Shown here in pieces: positions 49,701 to 61,731 of a DNA stretch of 64,000 nucleotides. Position 1 is the stretch's first letter. Every line of letters starts with the position of its first letter. Both the position numbers and the translations under genes were made by a program. Below the pieces are notes generated by a model. That model was not told the origin of the DNA. It worked only from the letters and a program-made list of their open reading frames with translations, and made no database searches. The stretch is from Octopus bimaculoides. Taxonomy: Eukaryota. The stretch is from contig NC_068981.1 in NCBI RefSeq assembly GCF_001194135.2, positions 136,230,752-136,294,751 of the forward strand, read 5' to 3'.

Positions 49701-52494
49701 AGTACCTTTAAGCCCAACTTTTCTTCTAGCTATCCAATAGTGTTCCTTTTTTTTTTTTTCTATATTTCACAGGCTATTCTAGTATTTATGGCCTTATATC
49801 TTGTACCATTCAACTGGTGTCACTATCCATTTGGCTAGAACCCTGCTCTATCTGCAGATTTGGTTTGTGGCCTGCAGCAGGTTGTCTCATTAGCTACTTT
49901 TATATCTTAAGGTCCGTTTTTCAACATATAACTCACCTGGGCATTTTTGAACATGAATCTGGAGAATGAACCTTCAAGTTCTATACTTTCCATTCCTGGA
50001 TTGTCTTGTTCTCTGCAACTATTTAGTTCTTATTCTGATATCACCACTCTGTTGTCTGGTATGTTTTTTGTTGGAGAAAGATTTAGTATTCACAACCATC
50101 TGTCTGTTCCATTTCCTGGTGAGTATGAAATATATTAGGCCTATGTGTTCAGCTGAATGGTAAGTGATTAGGTAGTTGGCAGTTTTCCTGAAGTTAGTTC
50201 TTCATAGATCTTTGTAATGTGTTCTATCACTGTAGCTGTGACTAGTATGGGTTCTTTAGTTCCTCAACCCATTTTCTAAATTATCCTATCTATTTTAATA
50301 GACTGAAAAGCTTAATTGATTTATCTGGTGGTTCTCACAAAGAGGTAATCCAATTTTTTCTTCAGCACATCCTGCATTGCTGCCTTTGTAGTAGGGCTGC
50401 TATAACTTGGAGGATTTCTGATATATTCGTTATTTTTTCTCTTTATTTTTTAAGGTTATTGTTATAGTGTACAGCTATTTTCATTATGTGCTTTGTATTT
50501 ACAAGATCATTTCTACTTGGGAGAAATTATTACTACCTAATCTATTCTAGTGTGAGATCTTCATTCTATGAATTCCCCAAATGCCCACCCAGATTAATTT
50601 GGCACCCGTAGTTTTCTTTGTTGCTGGGAATCTTTTCTTTTTGGTGGGGTGTTTCATCTGTTTGCTCTGCTGCCACTTAAATGAGGGGCAGGGATATTTT
50701 ACTGTTGCTAATATTGTATCTGATAGTGTCACAATCATAACCTTGTATCCTAGCATTCTAATTTAAAAGAAATACTATCTGTCTATAATAACCCTTTCAG
50801 CTCATGTGTATGTGTGGAAAAGGGTCCTCTTGTCAGAGTAGACTATAGATGAACAAATTTTAATCTTGAGATGCTTTTTATAATAATCCAAAACTTTAAG
50901 TGGATTTGGTAGATGGAAATTGAAGAAAGTACATTGTATATATATATGTATATATATATGTATATATATATGTATATATATANNNNNNNNNNNNNNNNNN
51001 NNNNNNNNNNNNNNNNNNNNNNNNNNNNNNNNNNNNNNNNNNNNNNNNNNNNNNNNNNNNNNNNNNNNNNNNNNNNNNNNNNATATATATATATGTATAT
51101 ATATATATATATGTATATGTATGTATATATGTGTTCTTCACTGCAGAATTTTTTGAATTTGTGTTGAGTTTGCCATTCATTGAATCCCATGGCTAAGTGC
51201 TTTACTGATTTTAGAAACGGTTTATATTGCTTTGTGCTTCATTTCAAATTCCTACAAGGAATTCTCTTGAATTTACTTTTGTCATTTTTAAGCCAAATCA
51301 TTTAGCATAAATCTACTAAAATCTGTGCTTTAAAATGGTATGTTACATGAACATAGTTAAATGAAAAGAATTATTTCAAAAGAAAAACTGCAATATTTCT
51401 GTACCAACCTTATACTACACTATACCTCCAACTGTTATCCTTGCTTTAATAGTTCCTATTTTCACTTGATTGAGGAAACGTAAGGTTAGACTTGTAACGA
51501 TTGGTCATTTTTATTCTGTTGGTGTTAAATATTTGATTAGAACTGTTAGATTCTTTCTCCTATCAAACATTTAAAGTTATAGTTGAACATATGCTGATAG
51601 GACAACTGTTATAAAAGGATATTGTTTACAAACGTTCAGTATAATGTGCCCATTTTTTTATCTTTTGTCTTTAAGATGTCACAAAGCCTCTTTAACAGAA
51701 TTGCTAGTTTAAACATGGTTCATTTGTGAGTGTGTATATTCACATTCTTAATCCTGTTTTCTAAAGCTGAAGAGTTTGCTGACTTCTCTCTGTTGTACTT
51801 AAAAGTTTAAAGGTTGGTTGAATAACCAGAAGATTAAATGGAGAAATGGATGCTTATTTGATTTCATTTCCCACATGCTTAGCTCCAGGATATGAATAAC
51901 ATTCTCAAATGTATTAGAACATTAAGACATAAAATGCAACACATTATATGCAAGATTGGTTTCTTGTGTAAAATTGTTAGATATCTTTTCAATTTATCCT
52001 GATCAATTATAATGAACTTCTGAGCCTCTACTATGAATGCAATTCTTTTTGTTATAAGAATTTGTAAGGCTTTAATTAAAATTTCATGCAATGGCTTTTA
52101 TTAACGAGTTTAATATGTTAGGTATTTCAAGAGCTTTTATATCCATTTGTTTTTGTTGCATTTCAATTTTGATTTTCACACGTTTGGTTTAATTTGTGTT
52201 TATTCATACCTCAATAAATTACACAAGTTTACAATAGAATCTACTGTAAAACATTTGGTATTTTATAGCCAGTCTTCAACTTCTGGTAGGCAACCTTGGT
52301 AGTTCTTATACCATTCAAGATGCTTTTCTTTCTAGTTCATGATTGATGACTTTCTTGAGTGAATATGTGATTATCTAAAAACTTCTATATCTGCTGGTAA
52401 TGTTTATACAACGTACCATTTTATATGGTGTTCAATTCATTTTGTATTAGGAATATCTGATTTTGGTTCAGTAAGCAAATAACCACACAGCCAC

Positions 52495-52850
52495 ACTTGT
52501 CTATAATAGAGGTAAGCTTGCTTTGCAATCACATGGTTTCGGGTTCAGTTCTACCGTAGGACACCTCAGGCAAATGTTTTCTATTGTAGCCACAGGTCAG
52601 CCAAAGCCTTGTGAGTGGATTTAAAAGATAGAAACTGAAAGAAATGTTTGTCTCCTTCTCTTGACCTTGTGTGATGGTTGTAAATGAATGTCACTGTCAT
52701 ACAAGCAGTGTCATTCATTTCCAATATTCTGAAAAACATGTCTGGCCAAGGGAAAATATTACCTTGAAAACAGGAAGGGCATCTGGTCATAGAAAGTCTG
52801 CCTTAATACCCATGTAAGCATGGAAAAGTAGAAGTTAAAATGATTATCAT
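52495..52850 (+). mobile_element. SINE family B
   Basis: A-type head to GAAACTGAAAGAA, then GTTGTAAATGAATGTCAC..GGAAGGGCATCTGG..GCATGGAAAAG..GTTAAAATGAT. Confidence 0.75.
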
Positions 52851-55295
52851 TCAGCAAGATAACCTCTATTACTAAAAAATCTATTTTATTGAATTTCTTT
52901 AGGATTGTGTAATGACCAATATATTTTAGACAAAACAAAATGGTATTCTTAATTTTTTAAGAATGTTGGTATGTTGGTTAGTCACATTCCTGCTATTGAA
53001 TACTCTATATATTTTGGGCCATGAAAGAATTGGTATTGCTTAACTGCAGCCTGGCAAGAAACTGTCTTCTCAACGAAAATTCCATTTATTAGCACCAAAG
53101 GAACATGAATGATTGGAATCTAATAAGTATCTTTAGTGTCTTCACAACTATTTTCATTCCATTGCATTATCTTGGAAATAGTTTGGTAGCAACGTTATTG
53201 GAGCATCTTTCTGTAGCCTCATTGTTTTGTTTCAGGTTAGCCCTGATTAAACAGATGTATGATCAGACATTCCACCCATGACGTACCATTTTTCATTTGG
53301 ACAATATATTTGGATTATTTTTTTCCAGTGTCTCTGATGGGGAGGTATAATTTGAAATTTTTAGTTGGTATTGCTGGCAGGGTAAGCAGTCTTTTTTGGT
53401 TCATTTAGCACCAGGCTGTAAAATATTGGGTTAGATAGTTGAAGTGAATTAATATACTCCTAGATATTGAACAGCTTGATTAAAATTGATCCATTATATA
53501 TTGATCTGTATAAGGCTGAAGATCAAAATATTTTCTCAACTGGTTTGTTCTTAAATTGCCATTCAAAATAATTCAGAATGTGAAAGTATTGTACAATGTT
53601 AACTTTACATTTCTATCACTTATGATAAAATGAAACTTGATTCACTATTGCTTGTTTAACTGGTCTTCATTATGGTTATTTTAGTAACTGCTACACTAAT
53701 CCACTAGGTATGTTTCCTAACAGGCCACATACCGTAATGGTTTTCTTCTGTACCAGTTTGTTGGAATACAGCATCTGTTGAACAATCAAAATCTTGGGTA
53801 CCACTGCAGATTACAGCTGTAAGATATTAAGCTTTTTCATTGAGGAGTATTTTAGTGAACCTAAACAAATGGTTAACTTGAGCTTCCACTATTTATCTAG
53901 AGCAAATTCTTGCTTTTGATATGTTTTTGAAAGCTCCAAAATATATTCTAGAATTGTAATTTAGTGTTTGAAGCTTGTTGTATCTGAAAGTAATTCAAGC
54001 AGAAAAGGCAGAAGATATAATTAGAACTTGCTCCAAGTGCAGAATGTATCAGGAGTCTGCTTGAATTGAAATGTTCTGTAGTGAGGAGGTGAGTCTCTTT
54101 CATAGGTGATTGATCTACTAGAAGCAATAGCCAGACGTCACTCCTCTTCAAAAGGATATATCCCATCTCAGCATGTAAGTGGATGCTAAAAGATGTGAAC
54201 GATACATCTGTTCCTCAGGTTGAGGAAAAACAGTTTGAGGTTACAGAAAGGTGTTCCAATAACGTTGCCACCAAACTTTTACCAATGCAATGGAATAAGG
54301 ATGATTGTGGAAACACTAATGTTATTAGATTCCAATCATTTCTATTCTTTTAGTTCTAATAAATGGTTATGGTGGTCAATAAACTTGCTAGAATACTTTT
54401 GATAAGTGTGCTTGTTCAAGTCTGACTTGGGGACAAACAACTGATGGTCTATATAGCTTGATAGTCTACTTTTTTTCAAGAACTATAGCAATATCAAAGA
54501 TGAGCATTTAAGAATAAATATAATTGGAATCCTATTTGGAAACTTCTCTATTCCAGTTGTCTTGGTGACTTAGTGTATTCTTTCATTTTTACACATGCTG
54601 TCTATCAAATTCTACCTTCTGTTTTTGCTATTGCTTTCATTTCTTTTACTGAATTTGCAAGATTTCTATCCTAATGGTTGGTTCACTCAACTTTACACAT
54701 TTTCTAGTCTCTTACACCTGCTGTTGGCAATTATAGTGTGGCTGTTTGATTGCATTTTGTTTTCTTTGTCAAGTGATGCATACTCCACTCAGTTCTTGAG
54801 GTTGTCAATATTAAAGAATCATGAACCGTAGATCTCTCTGCAGAGATTTCCTTCTGACATCTTGACTTTAAAGAATGTTATTTCTTTAGCTTAAGCGTTT
54901 GTGTTCGATTAGCAAGGAAGGAAAAATGACAGACCTGACAACATGGCGCAATGTTAGAGATGGTAATGTAATAACTGAAGAACATTGAAATGCTGTCAAA
55001 AGAAAATGCAACAACTGAAAAAAAAGCAAAAAAAAAAAAATACATATTGTAAAATCTGGGTGGAAGGAGGAATGTTGAAGCAAAAGAAACTGAGATTTAT
55101 AGGTATTTTAAAATATTGCAAAACAAAATAACTAAACCATAAGCAAGTGTTTTATGACAAATAAAACACTATATTCTGGTTTGAAAAGCCTGTAGTAGCA
55201 TAGTTAAAGAGTAATATAAAATTTCTTTCAGCTATACTTATAAAGTGTGCGTAATACTAATTTCTAAAACTTTGGAGGAGCTCAATAGATATGAA

Positions 55296-55328
<33 letters not shown>

Positions 55329-55831
55329 TTCCACATTTTGAAATGTTTAACAGATTAGTGTGTTTTTGGAAATGTTTAGAGGTAGAAGAAAATATTATAT
55401 AACTATATTTAAAATACAGTGTCAGTGTTATACATGTTTTTGTTGGCAATATGTCTGGTTAGCTTAGGTGTGTGAGTGAAGTGATAAATATATTAAATAC
55501 AAATAGAAAAAATTGTGACAGAAATGTGTGAAAGGATTGTAGTTTTATAACTATTGTTAAAAATATAAAATATTTATACCTTACAATTTTTGACAAATCA
55601 ATGAATTATTTCACCATGTGAATCTTGTTACCGACATGCTTTCAAATATTTGTAGTATAACTAGTCTCCATTATATGTAAAATAATCATGTCCATATAAA
55701 TTTAGTCTCACAATTAAATTAAGAAAGCTATACCAACCAATTTGTCTCTAGCTGATCAGGTCTCGCAGACTTTTCCTGCCAATTTAGAAAGATAACAAAA
55801 TGGAAGCATCCTTATGAAAATGGGAATAAAA

Positions 55832-56140
55832 CTGGTTCTGGGTTCAGTCCCACTGCGTGGCAGCTTGGACAAGTGGCTTCTATAGCTTTGGGGTGACCAA
55901 AGCCTTGTGAGTGGATTTGATAACTGGAAACTGGAAGAAACCCATGTGCGTGTGTCCCATCACTTGACAACTGATGCTGGTGTGTTTGTGCCTGTGACTT
56001 AGTATTTATTCTATCAGTCTCTTTTGCCAAAATGCTAAGCTTGCAATGAATAAGTCCTGGGGTCGATTTCTTTGACTAACGCCTTTTAAGTCAGTGCATG
56101 GCAACAGTCAAATGACTGAAACAAGTAAAAGTAAAAGAAA
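55832..56140 (+). mobile_element. SINE family A with internal deletions
   Basis: B box through tail TGACTGAAACAAGTAAAAG. Confidence 0.8.
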
Positions 56141-56974
56141 GCTCTGCTGGACACCCAATAAGGGAAGAGAAGGTTACAGCATGACAATACTATTCTTCTT
56201 TTTTGATTGGTTTAGAAGTGGCCACATTCATGTGTCTATACACACAATATAGGATCAGTTATATCTATATTTTCATTTTGTCTTTTTTTTTTCCATACTG
56301 GTACCAGTTGGAAGAGACTTATTGTATGTGTGGTGGGGGTGGGTTAGTATTCCTACCTATGACTGACACATCCATTTAAAAAAAAAATTTTTCAAGCAAA
56401 GTAATATTATTCCACTAAATTTCTTCAAAAGTGTCTATCTCACCAGCCTTGTAGGCACTGTATATGTACCTTCCAACTAACTATAAAAAATTACCCTTGA
56501 GATACCTCTATGATATTGCTTTTGTTGTAATATATCCCAAATTGGCCTTGGTTGCGCTAACCTATAATGCAAGTATTCCAGCTATCACTTGTTCTGTTTT
56601 CTTTTGTCCAGCCAGTGTATGTACCCTATATTACAGAATCTAATGTTTTTTTTTTTTTTAATGTTATAGGAATTCTAGTCAACTGCATTATGTGCCTCAT
56701 TGGCACATAAATTCATAGTAATTTTTAGCAGGTTGACAGAAGTATGAGACCAATATTATTCAGGTTAGCAATAACTTTACATAGTTAACATAGTTAATCC
56801 TGACTCATTTTCTTGAATCTTCTATTGAAAAAGTAGCACTTACTTTACATAAATTTTAAACTTAAACTCTATCCATATCCTTCTCTCAAGCACTGAAGAA
56901 AACACCCAAGGGAGCTTCTACATAGTCCTAGTAGTTACAGCCATGTCTCTTAAATGAAAGCTTAAATAAGAGTA

Positions 56975-57305
56975 AAGACCCCCTTCGGTCATGAATGACC
57001 ATTGAATTGCACCTAGAAAGTTCCCCTCTGAGACACAAGTCTGGGCCTGGTTGTTTGTAGAAGATCAGTTGCCCATGCATACCAGCCTTCCCTCTCCACA
57101 CCTCTGATATTATTCAAGCGAAAGACAAAGGCTGTTACAACTTGGCACCAGTGACATTGCAACTCATTTCTACAGGTGAGTTGACTGGAACAGCATAAAA
57201 TAAAGTGCCATACTCAAAAACACAACACACAGCCTGGTCCAGGAATTGAACTCACTATCTGATGATTGCGAGCCTGATGCTCTAACCACTGAGTCCTGTG
57301 CTTTC
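56975..57305 (-). mobile_element. tRNA-derived SINE, E-like head with a different body
   Basis: Minus strand GGACTCAGTGGTTAGAGCATCAGGCTCGCAATC..GAGTTCAATTCCTGGACCAGG, similar to the head at 6504. Confidence 0.65.
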
Positions 57306-58053
57306 TCTTAAATAACATCCCATGTTTTAAGATGATAGGGTGGTTATGGTTAGAACACTTTTGATGAGGTCAACTTAGTCAAAACTGACCTGGAGTTTAA
57401 AAATGCCATCACTATTATTAATTCTCAGTCTTTCCTTACTAGAATATTGACTCTCTGGAATTTCTTGCTCCCAGCACATGTATTGCTTTACCTAAACTTT
57501 TTGAATTGTACTTTTACTATGTTTGAATTATCCAGTCAGAGAATTCTGTTACAAACTGTCCATTTAGTATTACACTACCCACCAAATTGATATTATTTCA
57601 CAGCTAAATAATCTTAGTATTTACTCATAGATTGGTTGAGCTTTGCTAACTAAACTCTGTATTAGAAGTCTTTGTTGACAACTGTCAGTCTGAACTTTAC
57701 ATAAAGATTTAACTAAGCAAACTGTATAAATTAGCTCTTTCTTCTGTTTAATTTCCAGTTGATGATTTGTAATCCAATTTTGTAAATACTAAAACTATTT
57801 GTAATGGCTTGAAAGGAAATGTATTTCCAAATCATTTTACATTTCAGTTTGCTGAGCTAAGCTGACCACAAACACATTGGCTTGAAATTAATTTTGTTTT
57901 GTGTGTGTGTTTTTTCTTTTCTTCATGGCTTTTAATCCACTTGCTCTTGTAAATGTTCTCTACAACTAATTCAAATTATTGACAGGATGATTTCCTTTGA
58001 AAACTGTTTAAATGGCATCAATAATGGTTATCTGATAAAAAGAAAAAAATGGG

Positions 58054-58435
58054 GAAGGCATGATTGTTTTCAAAAATTTGCTTTGCAAGCACATGGTTTT
58101 GGCATTTAGTCTCACTGTGAAGTACTTTTTTGCGTTAAGTATCTTCTACTATAACCCAGCCTTGGGCCAGCCACTTCCCTCTAAGTGAATTTGGGAAATA
58201 GAAACATGGAAGTTTGTTAAATAGTGAGACACATAAACCTAGATTTACACAAATATACAAGTGTTGGTTTATTTGTGTCCCTGTAACTTAGTGGTTTGCA
58301 AAAAGAGGCCATTAGTATAAGTACCAGCCTTGAGGGAAGGTGAAGCATTAGAATTGATTTCATTAACTAAATGCCTTCAAGGTGTTGTCCCAGCATGGTC
58401 TGCCGTCTGACTGAAACCAGTAAAAGAACAAAATA
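58054..58435 (+). mobile_element. SINE family A, old diverged copy
   Basis: Head, body and tail (AAGGTGTTGTCCCAGCATGG..TGACTGAAAC) recognisable. Confidence 0.65.
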
Positions 58436-59024
58436 ACACAATTACTACAAATTAAAAAAAATTAAAAAATCCAATTTGAATACTTATTGGAGAGGTATTC
58501 TATAAATTGTTCTGCAGGCTTTACATATTACCAAATACTACCTATGCACCTGCCATTCAACATTCCTGTTAAAGTCAGACATTTGAAATTGCGCTCGTGT
58601 ATGTAGACCATATGTGTTTTGAAAAATATTGGATTTAGCTAATATATTGGTTGGTGAATGGCAGAACTTACAATAATTTTATATATTTTAGTTTAAAATC
58701 CCTCTGGTAGCCATAAAATACTATTTGTGTTTTCAGAGTTGTTTTAATTAAAAATATTCTACAAATTCATGGCATTGTACCAAAATCAGTATATTTTTTT
58801 TTTTTTTTTTTTGTCCATTTTTATAGAATCTTGTTCATGGACTTATTTCAATCGGTAATGAGCTGGCAGAATCATTAACATGCCAGACTAAATATTTATC
58901 AGCATTTCTTCTGGCTTTGTTTTGAGTTCAAATTCTGCCAAAGTCAAGTTTACCTTTTGTCTTTTGGGGTTGATAAAAGTAGTAGTTGAGCAAATTTACA
59001 GTGTTGTGTCTATAGTAGAAAGAA

Positions 59025-59448
59025 CTTATCCTGTTTCAGTCATTGGACTGTGGCCATGCTGGGGCACCACTTTGAAAGGTTTTAGTTAAAAATTGATCCC
59101 AGTACTTTGTTTTTAAAGCCTATTGATCTTTTTCCACACTGTTACAGGTACATAAACAGATCACCACCAGTCAAGTAGTGGTAAGACGGATGGACATGCA
59201 CTCATACATGCACGTGTACACCTGCGTACATACACACATGTGGGTGTATGCACATGTAGGCATGAACATGCGTATGCAGGCACACTATATTGATGGGCTT
59301 CTTTAAATTTCCATTTGCCAAATCCTTTCACAAGGCTTCAGTTGTCCTAGGGCTACATGGACACCAGCCCAAAGAGCCATGTAGTGAGACTGAACCTGGA
59401 ACAACATGACTGGAAAGTAAACTTGTTACCACCCAGTCATGCCTGCTC
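59025..59448 (-). mobile_element. SINE family A, diverged
   Basis: Tail TGTTTCAGTCATTGGACTGTGGCCATGCTGGGGCACC and head at ~59448. Central tract mutated to alternating purine-pyrimidine. Confidence 0.7.
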
Positions 59449-60021
59449 CTTGTTTCAAACACCTTTTAAAATAAGCCATTTCCTGTGTTTATCATCAGTA
59501 ATTATTTATGGAAAATGAAATTGTAAAAAAAATGGCTGGTGACATGGATATTTTTTGTTTGACCCATTTTATTATCTGAATGTCTCCCTCATATATCCGG
59601 TTTCTCATTAGGTTTTTGTTTTCTTGTAAACTACAAGTGTTTTTGTTTTTTTTTTATGTATAACTGGATTATTTTTCTGTTAACAATCCAATGGATGGTA
59701 AACTGGAAGTTCCATTTTACTTCTAGCCAAGCAGAGTTATGTACTTAGATTAGAAGCTTTATTAATCCCGAAAGGGTGAAAGAGTAAGTCCACTTTCATG
59801 GAATTTGAACTCGGAATGTAAAGACAGATGAAATGTTGAGTATTTTGCTTGGTATGTTAACAATTCTACCAGCTTGCTGCCTTATAAATACAGAATTGTT
59901 AAACTGATCAAAATATTATAAAATCGCAGCCCCTTTAATAAATTGAGTTTATTCACTGAGACCATATTCCCCCACCAAGAAAAAGAAATATTTCTTTGAA
60001 GGGGCATAGTTGACAATTTAA

Positions 60022-60237
60022 CTCTTTAGCGTTCAAACTGGCCATATCCGGCCTAAGCATTCAACCAGTTTTATGTTAAAACTGACCAGATCTGGCCTCT
60101 CGTGCCTATTTTACAATATCTTTCTAAACTAAGCAATTGTATCATGAAAATGTCTTACCGGCAAGGTAAAGCATGATTAATTCAAAACGATGTGAATAAA
60201 CAAACATATTGGACAAAATAATGTGAACGTTAAAGAG
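60022..60237. mobile_element. piggyBac-like MITE, complete (216 bp)
   Basis: TTAA|CTCTTTAGCGTTCA ... TGAACGTTAAAGAG|TTAA: 14-bp TIR (13/14) with TTAA TSD on both sides. Confidence 0.85.
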
Positions 60238-61511
60238 TTAAGATGGAGTTTTGAGTACAAATTAACATGAAACATATGGACAAACTGTTAATGGTCTATG
60301 TTGAAAGTGATAAAGTTGATGAAAAATAGCAGAACCTTACATAGTGAAACATAACTCTTGGTTATCTACTGATGGACTGAATTCATCAGAGTGAATGCAT
60401 GCTACTTAATGGAATGCTGATCATAAAACTAACAAATCTGTCATGAACTGAATATTGAAGGAAGCTGTGAATATTGAACAAGCTGTTTGCAAAAATTCAA
60501 GAAAAGGTATGGTATTTGGAAACCACTAAAATATATTTATCAGCATTTCTTCCGGTTTTGTTTTGAGTTCAAATTCTGCCAATGTCAAATTTACCTTTTG
60601 TCTTTGATAAAAGTAGTAGTAGTAGTAGTAGTAGTAGAGCAAATTTGCGGCGTTGTCTATAGTAGAAAGAATTAATCTTGTTTCAGTCATTGGACTGTGG
60701 CCATGCTGGGGCACTACCTTGCAAGGTTTTAGTCCCAAAAACGGAAGACCTACATACAAAAAAAAAAAAATAAAACGAATTAGAGAAAAGCCCATGTAAA
60801 CCACCTTTTTTCCCCAGTTTGTCCATTTACACAGAAGCTCTGGACTAAATGTTATAGTGCATGACCATCCTTGGGACAAAGGTAATGTGTGTAAAGTGTG
60901 AAAATCGGTTGAGAACTGTGGAAATGTATGCATTAGTCAATATACATACACATATACTATGATTTATATATACTAGATAATCATGTTCAATGTTTTGCTC
61001 TTTATTCCCTAAAAACTTAATAACTGTATAATATAAAATAGAAATGGCATACATGGACTGTAACCTTTTAATCAAAACACGTCGTCATAGGTGTGGAGAC
61101 CGGTATCTTATGTTTCTGATGGTATTATGTATAGGAAAAATTATAATTTATATAAAACTATATCCGGGGTATAATATGGATAAGCGATATTATGAAATAC
61201 AAATAGATATTGTGTTTAGACTTGGATTGCATCCCTAAGCTATCCCATTTTATAGAAGATCCAAATGTAGAAATTCTCACAAATCCACAACATTTTTGGT
61301 CCCAAGAATTTCAGATGAGATTCTCGACCTGTACTTGAAAGTATGATCCCAAAGTTAATGTAAATGCCACAAAGCTTGTTTTGTGGTTTGAGTTTGTATA
61401 ATGCGCACAAACTTTGCTTAATTTTCCTTTTTTATTTCTCAACTACAGACAAATCTAGCGCTTTGTCATTCAGATTATTTTCTCAATACTTATTTTCATT
61501 GTTTTAAATTA

Positions 61512-61731
61512 CGAGGGGATGCTGAAAAAGTTCCTGGCTTTGGGTAAAAAAAAAAAATACAGGAGGATTAGTTAATTATGATTTTATTCAACATGTTCCC
61601 CTCTCAAATTCACACTTATTGCAGTGGTCCTTCATTTTTTTCTAAACCCTGTAAAAGAACTTGAAAAGTTGGGCCTCCAACTGGGCCTTTCGTGATACCT
61701 TTAAAGCCAAGAACTTTTCAGCACCTCTTTG
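61512..61731. mobile_element. mariner-type MITE nested in a piggyBac-like MITE
   Basis: TA|CGAGGGGATGCTGAAAAAGTTCCTGGCTTT ... AAAGCCAAGAACTTTTCAGCACCTCTTTG|TA. Host MITE spans ~61461-62000 and ends AAAGAG|TTAA. Confidence 0.8.

Noticed and set aside
53685-53707. 23-nt phase-2 microexon (R-NCYTNPL) as exon 2 of the gene
   Set aside because: The phase is compatible, but such short AG..GT pairs arise by chance in 34 kb and there is no independent support.
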